Below, piece by piece: positions 41,801 to 53,800 of a stretch of 64,000 nucleotides of DNA (the stretch's first letter is position 1; the number at the start of each line of letters is the position of its first letter). The stretch spans positions 1,681,177 to 1,745,176 of the forward strand of contig NMRA01000024.1 of the NCBI GenBank assembly GCA_002633005.1, read 5' to 3'. The position numbers and the translations under genes are program-made. Source of the stretch: Phoronis australis (lineage: Eukaryota > Animalia > Phoronida). Under the pieces are notes generated by a model. That model was not told the DNA's origin. It searched no databases and saw only the letters and a list, made by a program, of their open reading frames with translations.

Positions 41801-44800
41801 AAGGCAATAATTTCATTTGCAATGACCATTTGTGTTACTGAATTCCACATGGGGGTACGTACACTACATTTTGTTAGCCTGATTGGTCCATTTTCAATGT
41901 AGCAGAACCCAGTCAATATCCAAATTTTTGGCCACTCGTAACGCTTAAAATGCATGAAATTCATAGACAAAAACATGCATAAATGTCTCAAACATTGTCC
42001 GAATTTGATGAATCTTTTTTTAATTTGCACATTTAAATAACTCTTTGCATATGAGATTCAGTTGGCATTTGGTAATTGACCAAAACAATTGATATTAGAC
42101 CGTAACACAGTCAACTCTCGAAAATGGACCTTGATTGTGATTTAGCAGTTAGTAATTTGAATGCAGTCATGATCGCGCCAGCAAATAAAGAAAATAATCA
42201 TTTGTTTTATAGATTTATTCCCACTGAAAATGTTAACTACTTGTGTTCTTTATTACTTTTACAGGCGTCAATTTACCATGCCTTGAATCATTATGGTTAC
42301 ACAGATGCCATCTTCCTTGCTGAAAGACTGCATGCTGAAAGTAAGTACACATGATGCACCAGGAGGGTCCTGCAATTGACCTCTTTTCAAACAGATCAAA
42401 AATATAATGTGCAACTCAGTTTTTTATTGAGATTGAATTCAAAGTCGTCTGAAGCATGTTGTATGCCACACTCAAAATTTTTGGGTGTTATTTATAGATC
42501 CCGAGGCAACTCTAGTGAAAACTCGAGTGAGTTCAAGTCTGTGTTATAAAGGGACTGGATATCAGAGACTGTTGAAAATATGACAAGGAGCTTGAAATTT
42601 TGTTAGTTTGCACTACCGAAAATGCATGTACGTACCGTCAAGTGCATGTTGTTAAATGTGGGATTCTTGTACCGAGAAGACTTCCGTGTTGGTGAAGTTT
42701 TCTGTTCTGTTCTCAGTCTATCAGGAGCTCAAAATTCACCAGTCCACACGAGAGAAAATGTTTTGCCTTTCGGATATTTCATGTTACATGGCATTCTTAT
42801 GCAAAGAAGGCCGCAGTGATGGTGAAGAGTTTTCTGCTCTGTCAAAGAATAATCCTTTCAGTGCTCTCTACAGCCTGTTTCAACACGTGTCAGCAGCATG
42901 TTTGCTGGCACTTGTGACATATTTGAATGACCCGCAGCTTGTTAGAAAAGCAGCGACCAATTTGGAGAAATGTCTTTAAAGATTTTAAATTTTCTGTGCA
43001 GTACCATTAAGTTCACCAGGTAACAAGGCAGGTAAATGTGCATTTTAAATTCAACTGCAAGCACATTTGCACTGCAGAGGACGTTATCTGCCGCTGACAT
43101 ATTTGTTGACATTTATACTACTGACACCAGGGCTTGGAATTTTCTTCTTTTAAGAGGAGTTCCTCGTTTTTGGTTTCGATTTCCTCTTATTTGGTTTCCA
43201 GTTTGCTGTTTTTTCTCTTTTTATCATTATTTTGACTTTATTCATGCAGAAACATATATTTTGCTTAAACTTTACAACACAAAAAATATTTCTATCATAC
43301 TAACCTATTTAATTGTGGAATGATACATCACCTGGACAGTTTTCTTCTTTTCTGTCATTGGTCATTCCAATCCCTGGACACGATGGGGTTCTCAGTTGTG
43401 TAGAATGCTGCCCATTTGTAGTACTACTTAGTTGATATTGAGTCTCAGATAACAGTCGGCTCTACCTATACTGTCGGGAAGACTTAGTACTCTAAGAATA
43501 CATTGGAACTAACTTATGCGCTTTCATTTTCAGTTGGTAACCATGAATCTCTTTTTCTGCTGGCTACTTCATACTATCGCTCCGGGAAATCCGTACAGGC
43601 CTACACGTTACTCCAGAGCAGGGGATGCCCGACACCTCAGTGTAAATACCTCATGGCTCGCTGCTGTCTCGACCTCGACAAGTAAGTTATAGGAAGCTGT
43701 TTCATTCAAAAATTTGTGTGGGATGTCATATCTGGACTAAGGGCGGGATTGTCTCTGCTGTGGTTTGAAACAAATAATTTCCCGTGACTGACAATGTCTT
43801 CTTGTACAGTTTGTTAACATGCTCAGTCATTAAATAATTAATTAAAGTTAGTGTTCAACCATTCTTTACCAGTTTATATTTCTTCATTTTAATGTACCAT
43901 GTAAGTTGAATCGCAAAATTGTAAGTCGATATATTATCTCGTGGCTTTTTGTATTCATAGGCTCACTGAAGCTGAGACAATATTGGGTGGTCACCAAGCC
44001 AAGACTAAGTCTGTTGAGGACTACATCAATGAGTTTGGGGACAGTGCTTGTTTTACCTTGGCTCTTTTAGCTAGAATATACAGGTAAATGTCCACATTTT
44101 TAACTAAGACTTTGACTAGACACCAACAATCTATCATCACAACAGTTTAGGCGTAATTATCGCGCACTAAAACGAATCCGAAAAAATTTCCCGGAGTTCC
44201 TCGTCATTGCGGCTGAGCAAAAACAGAAGATTAAGAGAATTCTGTCCATTCTTACTTTGGTTTTTGCTGTGCGGGTACCAGACCACAACTTGTAGCAGAG
44301 GTTTCATTATTCGGTGCTTGGCAATTCTTTGAGAAATGGAAAATGGCAAAATTATGACTTGATGGCTATTATTTTTGTGCAGAGTAAGTGAAAAATTGCT
44401 GTTCATTCAGTTGGCATGTACATATCCACTAGTAATTTGTCAGCATTAGTTGGGAGGTGAAGTTTGACATCAGTGGGAAAATAATGCATTATGGTAAAGT
44501 TTACTCAAATTAGAACAAAAATAATGGCTGCAATTGTTTTTTCATTTTTTCCAATGCTCAGCGTATTGCCAAAAATGCTCAAAATTTCCTCGTGTGTGTG
44601 TGTGTTGATGACAACCGTTAAGTTCTCAAATAATGAAGTCGTGTTGTTTACTGTTGAGAGAATTTTGATAAAACAAAATTCCACTGTTCAATCCTATTGT
44701 ACATTTGAAGAGTTAAAATTTGAAGCCAGTTAACAAGAGATCTGCTTTTTCGGACAAATGGCCGTTATTGTACAACAATGGGATTCTAGTACTGATGATA

Positions 44801-47800
44801 GTTATACTTTAAATTGCAGTCAAACTGAAAGGGAGGCTAAGGCATCAGAGTTTTACCACAGAAGCTTGAAGCTCAATCCATTTTTGTGGTCATCGTTTGA
44901 AAGTTTATGTAATTTAGGTAGGTGTGTTGTTTGCAATTTCACTCGGAATAAAAGGTCATTGCCTTGCCATTTGTTATCAGACTGATCACGCACTGGCTTA
45001 CATAGTAGCAGCACATACTGTGTTTTGTTGTATTCATTTGAGCCAAGATAGTTTACTAGGTTAGGCATAGCATTTATACCTGTTTATTTCCGTCTAAGTG
45101 TCACTAGTTTGTGGTGAAACAATAGTAGCATTGATCTCCTGATAGTATAGATTTTGAGAGGTTGGAATTCATCATCTGCTAAAAGCAACTGTGGTGATGG
45201 CAGTAACCATAGTTACGGACATCAGGTGAGGCTCTTCTAGTAAATACTGTGAATTTGCTGAATGAACTGTTTATATTTACTCTTTTTGTCCATTTTGCAG
45301 GTAATAAGCCTGACCCAGCGCAGGTCTTTCAGGTATCAGCTGTTGAAAATCTTAACTTTTTAAAGTCGCCTCCATCGTACGCAACGCCCACATCGACTTT
45401 GAAGACCATCAATGTGAACCTAGATGTAGATAGTCCGCAGATCATTTCACAGGTATGTTTGTCGGGATACCTTCCTCTGCCTTTTTCTACTGATATCGAA
45501 CAACTTGGTAAAACGATAGGTTGATATTAAAGTTAAATCTGATCTGCTGGATTTTCTTTTATGATTTCCTAGATCTTTAGAGACCTGTCGTCTCCTTCGA
45601 TGGGATGTTGACTGGGATGAGTCATGGGAACTCTGGTCACGTGGGATGTCGCGTTCCCACCGCTCATCATAGTCAACATCCCATCGAAGGAGATGAGAAG
45701 TCTTTGAAGATTTAGGAAATCAAAAAAAGGTAATTAATCTAGCAGACCAGTTTTAACTTTAATATCATTAACATGGCTCAAGGTCTACATTTTATTAAAA
45801 CCATAAGTTGCCAACAGCTGAGCTTATGTGCAGCTTCATCACGTCTTGAATATTCGTGGCTGTTCATTGTTGTTTCTTCCTGTTGATTTCTTATCCCTCC
45901 GCGTGTAATGTGATTTTATTACAGCCATTTTGTTGCTTCATGTTTCTCTCATTCTCACCTTGAGTTTCCTCCGTTTACTTGTGTGAAATGTTCTGGAATA
46001 TTTACGGAAGTGATGGAGGAGGCAGTGTGGCTTAGTGGGATAAGTGCCCACTTCCTTTACTGAAGGTCGTGGGTTCGATTCCCACTGAAGCACACTGCTA
46101 GATCCTTGAGTCCCACTGAAGCACACTGCTAGGTCCTTGAGTCCCACTGAAGCACACTGCTAGACCCTTGAGTCCCACTGAAGCACACTGCTAGATCCTT
46201 GAGTCCCACTGAAGNNNNNNNNNNNNNNNNNNNNNNNNNNNNNNNNNNNNNNNNNNNNNNNNNNNNNNNNNNNNNNNNNNNNNNNNNNNNNNNNNNNNNN
46301 NNNNNNNNNNNNNNNNNNNNNNNNNNNNNNNNNNNNNNNNNNNNNNNNNNNNNNNNNNNNNNNNNNNNNNNNNNNNNNNNNNNNNNNNNNNNNNNNNNNN
46401 NNNNNNNNNNNNNNNNNNNNNNNNNNNNNNNNNNNNNNNNNNNNNNNNNNNNNNNNNNNNNNNNNNNNNNNNNNNNNNNNNNNNNNNNNNNNNNNNNNNN
46501 NNNNNNNNNNNNNNNNNNNNNNNNNNNNNNNNNNNNNNNNNNNNNNNNNNNNNNNNNNNNNNNNNNNNNNNNNNNNNNNNNNNNNNNNNNNNNNNNCTTG
46601 ACTGATGCTGTCATGATTACTTGACTGATGCTGTCATGATTACTTGACTGATGCTGTCATGATTACTTGACTGATGCTGTCATGATTACTTGACTGATGC
46701 TGTCATGATTACTTGACTGATGCTGTCATGATTACTTAACTGATTTTTGTGAGCAATTGTGAGATGGGAGCATTAGACCAAATTTCCGTCTCAAGACTCT
46801 TTTATGAAACTGGCCTCAGTTGTAATAAGCTAGGTCATGGCTTGTTGTGTGGATTGCGGTTGAATGATTGACAATTTCCAATCTATGTAACTCCTGCGTC
46901 TTATAGTTCCTTCTTTCCTATTAAAGTGCTACACTTATTTATCCTTAGCCAGAGAATAAATAGAAATGTTCTGGTAGTTTTAGTTAGAGTCTTTCATTCT
47001 ACATAGTTTTACCATAGATAAACTGGCAGGTCTGTGCACATGGTGTGTTGCAGAATACATGTGTTATGATTGCGAGCCATTTCTTTTTAATCCAGAGCAG
47101 TATTGAATGAAAGGCACTAGACTACTGTAATTTTTGCCTTCTATTACGTCGAGTTTTCTTGAGCACAGTACAGTGTATTGTTGAATCTCTGCAGGACAAC
47201 AGTCCACTAGCCACAAGTATACCCGCACACCTGGGTCACAGTCTGAACACGGATACCCCAGAAAACCAGATGATCGACACTCCCGATAGTAGCACCATGC
47301 CGCCATCGGCACCACTCCGTACAACGCGGCCCCGTTTACGCCCAGGCAGGAACCTGCTAGGGGCCCCTTTGTCGCTAAGTCCGCTGACCCCCAGCTTTGG
47401 CATCCTGCCCCTGGACACACCGAGCCCCGGCAACTCGCAGAACACGCCACCACTCCCCACATACATTACACCATCTCCTAACCTGATGGGGTATACAGAC
47501 ACCAATCAGCCACCAGCTCCAGCCAAAAAGGTGATTTGGACTGCTCAACGATCAGTTTTATGATAATCAAATGAAATAAGTGTGGTTGTCATTAGTGACC
47601 TGTAAACGGCGAGTGAAAGGAAGATCGAGAGACGTCGTTAGTAAAAAATATTTATATCAATATTTGGACATTGTGCTTTGATGAAGACTTCTCTTTTTGA
47701 AATGCTATATTTGCATATTATCATTGTGGTCCGTTACCAGCAAAGAGGTGTGTTAATACAAGTAATGTGTATTTGATTCGAACGTGAAAGATGAAGCCAA

Positions 47801-50800
47801 TACAGTACTTGTGTTTTGCCTTTATGTGTTAGCAGGAGACCTTAAAAAGGCAAAATTAGCAAAAGACTCTTATTGCAATAGTTTTCTTAACACCATAGAG
47901 ATGTCTGTTAGGTAACTTAATATCTATTGTCAATGCTTTACTTGCAGATTGCAACTCGACGTGGTCAGGGTATGAATAAGGCTCCAAAACCACCTGTATT
48001 CAGTCAATCAATCAGTAACATGAAGGACGTATCTACGCCTAGTCCGCCCACAGGGTAAGTGCTGCAGTTGTTTACTTGTAAATTCAAAAGCCTATGTGTC
48101 GATTTTTGAAAAGTAAGCTCTTGCTTCCTAGCTGTAGTACGTGCCTGATATCACATGGACAGCATTCTATTCCCCCCACATATGCTCAGTCATCATTACT
48201 GGGAGGTTTGGGTTATTTTGTACGTTCTTTCGTTTGCAGCAGTTGGTACTGATCGTCTCGCACAGAACTTGGTGTTTGACCTATGACCGTTATATTTGTA
48301 GGCTGGAGAATGCGGGTGTGCGCAGGAGCTCAAGGTTGTTTTCAAATAACTCTAATTCTGTTAAGGTAAGAACAATAAGTTCAGTTCTTGGCTTAGCTTT
48401 AGTACCAATCTGGCTATTAGGACAGTTACAGACAATAAGTTCAGTTCTTGACTTAGCTTTAGTACCAATCTGGCTATTAGAACAGTTACAAACAATTTCA
48501 TGATCACCATATGGTTTTACTCTGAAAACATCATTGGGAAATGGTTCGTTTTTCTGTGTGATGCTTTAGAATATGAAAACCAAAACAACAGCAGTGAACT
48601 TGTTTATAGCTGTGCTTGTTATCAGATTGTTAATGTAAGACGTAAAGTTGGTAGCTTTAAAGTTTCTCTATTTAAAATAACTTTGGCCATTTCAAACATG
48701 AATCCAGTTTCTTGAGAATGAGAAATTTTAGGGTGACGGACAATTGTGGACACACACCGCAGCATGACACACACCGCAGCACGACACAAATATCTGTTAA
48801 CTGCAGTGTCACTGACAAAGTTTCCTCATTAAAAGAAACATCATCTCTCTTAAGTTGGTGTTGTTTTTTTGTCTTTTTTAATGCAGAACTCCTTGACTCA
48901 CGTCAGTGATGATGTTTCGTGTTGTTTGCAGGAGAACAACAAAACACAGAGTCGAGGGAGGTTCTTGGTGCCAGCCAGGAAGTCGAAGGGTCGCTACAGT
49001 AAAACATCACACGAGATCAACGACCTCAACAAACCTGAGAAGACTTCAGAGAAACCGTCAACCATCACTGCCGCTCAAGCCCAGGTTGTTGATCTGCAGA
49101 AACAGTCGACTGGTATGGTTTAAATCTAGAAATCGCTGTTGTGTGGATTATTATCAAAAGTGCTCTAAAGTGTAATCTAATTACGGTGTAATACTTTATA
49201 CTTTGTTCTTCTTGCCAGACAGAGAGTTCAAGCACTTGTACAGTATGACACTATTCATAAGCACTTCGTACAGTATGACACTATTCATAAGCACTTCGTA
49301 CAGTATGACACTATTCATAAGCACTTCGTACAGTATGACACTATTCATAAGATTAAGAAAAGAGCTGTATTTCATGAACACAGAAATGTGTTTGTAAAAT
49401 AAAGAAAATTCTGGTGCATGGCAGAAAATATTTACAGATTGTGACAAAAGAATTGTGTTTATGAGAAAAGAGCTGTTAGTGAAAATACCTGTGCAGTTTA
49501 TGATGTCTGAAGACTGTCCCTACGGGGGTTTTCTTATAAACAATGAGCCTGAGGCAGTGCTATCGCACATTTAGGATCCAGACCAACACAATGTCTGGGC
49601 AACAGGTTCAATGAGACAACACCTATTGATGAGAAGTCATACCTGTGTCAAGAATGCCCATTCCCAAACGTTACCCGCCTGATGATTCAAGCACTTAAGC
49701 CAAATTGCCCATCCATTGAGATGGTACCAAGGAAAATACCCACCGGAGTTCATGCCATGTCCTTTCCAACCCTGTCTGTGTGAGGACCATCCAGGAGACT
49801 GACTTGTCTGCATCTGTTATTTTTCCTTTTTTGGTATTGTTTACCCTGCTTGCATTTGTAGTTGGTCTCATGCAACTGCTGGTTGAACTAGGCAAAGCCT
49901 ATGTCTGCCTGTGTCAGTATGAGTGTCAGCATGCTGTTGATCTGCTGTCTACTTTACCCGTGCACCATTACTACACTGGCTGGGTACTGTCGGCTGTGGG
50001 ACGCGCCCACTTCGAAATGACAGATTACAAACAGGTAGGAGTGGTCATTATGTCAGCTGTAAGAGGAGTTGGGTCCTCACTTAGGTTTGTTTTAACTGTG
50101 CTGTAAATGGTAAAATGTGTGAGCATAGCAGGATTAGGTATGTGTGCGTGTGTGTGTGTGCGTGAGTGTGTGTGTGTGTGTGAGTGTGTGTGTGTGTGTC
50201 TTCTATTTGTAAAGTTGCCTTTTTCAATAAATTTTTAAAAAATTGTGGGCATATCCCGATAGTTTTCTAAATTGGTGCTATGGTAATATCTCACCAATTT
50301 TGGACACAATATGGAAGACAATATAATTCTTTTAGTATTTTTTATTTTGTCTATTTTGTAAAAGACAAGTAGGTACCACATTGATGCTTTATAAGAATCA
50401 AGTAACTGTTATCACACAGTTTTTTAAATGCCGTATGTGGAACACATTTCCCAGTCACTGCGCTTGTATTACATAAATAATCTTCAAATTCCCTCAGGCT
50501 GAAAAGATGTTCTCTGAGTTGCGCCGCGTTGCCTCGCACCACTTTGAGGGTCTGGAAGTCTATAGCACCGTCCTCTGGCATCTGCAGAAGGAGGTCAAAC
50601 TGTCCGCTCTGGCTCAAGAACTCACCACGCTGGACACGAGCTCACCAGAGGTACGGTGTAGTGGGAGTGAACATACCACACTGTACAATTAGAGGTGTAG
50701 TGATTGTGTAGAGGTGTATTGATTGTGCATTTTTGACGATACTTTATGTCAATTTGTGGTCTTATGGAGCTCCAGCAACAATTACTTCTGTTTAGGTCGG

Positions 50801-53800
50801 TTTATCAAATTAAATATCTAATCCTGGCTTTGTTCAAGCACTGAAACAGATTGAGATTATAATTAAAGTGTAAGCTCTCTAGTGTTTACCAAGTTGTCTT
50901 TTCTTACAGTATGTGAAATGTCTCTTAATATTCCTGCTAACTCTTTAAACTTGGAGTCTGTGATTGGCAGTAACTTGATGCATTGTGTTGGTGGTTATTA
51001 TAGTTTATACAGGTGCCCTGCATTTTGAGAACTAGTTTTCTCTACTGAATAAAAGGCTTCAAACTGGTTCTCAAAATCAGTTGTCCGTGTGAGTTGTGTG
51101 TGTTGGATGCACAACAATGGAATGATTTTTATTGTGACTTGCAAACTCACTGGGTGTCAAACAAATTTTTGTGTCAAGTACACAGTTTATGGTAAAAATT
51201 CTTCAAGTTGGGGCGAAAAAATTGCTATAATTGTCATTTTTCTATTTTTCAAAAGCTTGTGTTCACTCGAACTTTTCTGAAATCTTTGTATACAGTTCTA
51301 CCATACAGACAGAAGTTTGAAATTTAACAAAATGAAAGTCTGCTTGTCCTCATCTGAGGAGTTTTTTTACTGTAGATGAGTGCTGTTTTTTCACCATTGT
51401 CCCCATGTGCACTCACATACTGGCTTCATTTGTAGGCCTGGTGCTGTGCTGGCAACTGCTTCAGTCTTCAGAAGGAGCATGACACGGCCATCAAGTTCTT
51501 CCAGCGGGCCATGCAGGTGATCACTTATCACTTCCTGTTGTTGAATTAAATCCTCCTAGATCCCCTAAAGTAGCTGTAAACAAACGTTTGATTCAGACCA
51601 ATGATCTCAACTTATTCCATACTCGGACTAAAGTAGTTTTTTGGGCCTTGGATGAACTGGTAGTCAGGCACTCATTTTGGATTTGGAAAAAAATTAGGGT
51701 CCAAATTCGCCAGATTGACACTTGTCATATGAGGGGATTCCATATGAGGTCATCCTGACCCCCGAAAAACATGGCTGCCAGCATTTGCCAATCGTCAGTG
51801 TGACATTTCTGGTAACAAAAATAGACGGTCTGTGATCTTATTTTATTGCTGAGTATTTATCAAACTAAGACAACGAATTGTAGATTTCAATTAAGATTAT
51901 TAGTCAAAAGTGTTATAATTCTTTGTTTGGCCATGTTTTTCACCAAAATTGTCTTTAAACAGGTCATCTTTTTTCTCTCTTGGCCATGCCATCCAAGCTG
52001 TCGTTTTTTAAAACTATCCATCCCAGTGATGGCCACTAAATGTGTCCCTGCTGGTGGTTCCATACTGCTTGAGACCACGCTGTTGTATGAACTACGTTGT
52101 GTTACCGTTCAAGGTTGGCATTAAGGCTGTTAATTTTCCAAACATTCTATTCACTTGGCAACCAGGTTTCTCTTGGTTTTCCGTGCGAAAACTTTGGCAA
52201 GTATTGTGAGACTTGCTAGTTGGCTGCAACGGTTTGTGATTCATAATTTTATCATTGCTTTCAAAGCCTGCATCTTCACAAGTTGCTATACATGTGCACA
52301 TCTTCATTATCTCAATTTGTTAACTTCCTTTATTATTTTCGTCACCATTACTTTCCATAGTGACCAGTGGTGGACACCCAGGTTGCCTACCTGCATGTAA
52401 CCGTCTTCATTCTTTGCCAACGTCACTGTGTTCACTTCTCCTGTTCACTTCAGGTTGACACCAAGTTTGCGTATGCCTACACTTTACTGGGCCACGAGTA
52501 TGTGCTTACTGAAGAGTTAGACAAGGCCATGGCCTGCTTCAGGACAGCCATCCGCGTAGACCCCCGTCACTACAACGCCTGGTACGGTGTCGGCATGATC
52601 TACTATAAACAGGAGAAGTTCACTCTCGCCGAGTTCAACTTCCGCAAAGCTTTGTCCGTCAACCCAAAGAGTTCTGTGCTACTCTGTCACGTGGCAGTGG
52701 TAAGTTTGTGATATTGATCCCTGTTGACAGATGGCACTCTGCGTCTCATGCTAGTACTCTCGGTCATTGTTACCAGTGAGGCTTGTGGATTTAGACTCTT
52801 TCTTTTGCACAGATTGAAACTGCCTTGACATCTATTGCATAAGGTACTCTCAGTTCGGTCATACAAGTATGACTAGTCAGCTGAACATCTCTATCAACCG
52901 AGGAGACAAAAACTGCTGAATTACATACTATATGCAACTAAGTGAACAAATACACTTTTTCTTGTAACAGAATGGACAACAGTGTAGAATCAGCCATTTA
53001 CCAGCTACCTTGCCATGTTGTCTCGTATTTCTTTCTCACATAATGCCGTCCTTGTTACAGGTCCAACACGCCCTTCACAAGCCCGAGACTGCCCTGGCCA
53101 CTCTTACCAGAGCAATAAGCAGTGACCCTAGGAATCCCCTGTGCAAGTTTCACAAGGCATCCATCTTGTTTGCCACTGACAGGCACAAGGAGGCGCTGGC
53201 CGAGCTGGAAGAACTGAGAGAGATTGTACCTAAGGAGTCACTAGTCTACTTCCTTATGGGGAAGGTGAGAAGACGTCAGCTGTCTATCATTCAGGGCAGT
53301 TTAAACCAGTCTTCGACAGAGGGCATGGCTAGATATTTAAAACATTCACCCAATTAAGGGCTTCTCTAGAAGGATAAGCAAACGTTTTTGTGTTACCTTC
53401 TTTATTAAAAGGACAAATCTTTGGTTATCTTGAAGAAAAATCTCCAGTGTTAATCACTGTGTTCCTCCTGCCCTTTGTGTAAGTAGGAATGCAAGTAATG
53501 TTAATATGAGCAGAAACTTTAAAATTAGCTCGTAAGTAAACAAAGACATATTGATCCAACATTTCAGATTATTCACTATGAACCATTCTCAAGGCAAAAA
53601 CATTTTGACGGGTACCTGTACAGTCTGTTCTCCACCTGTGTCGCATTTTGACGGGTACCTGTACAGTCTGTTCTCCACCTGTGTCGCATTTTGACGGGTA
53701 CCTGTACAGTCTGTTCTCCACCTGTGTCGCATTTTGACGGGTACCTGTACAGTCTGTTCTCCACCTGTGTCGCATTTTGACGGGTACCTGTACAGTCTGT

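Noticed and set aside
46129-46624. ORFs spanning N runs (also 61327-61653)
   Set aside because: Gap artefacts.
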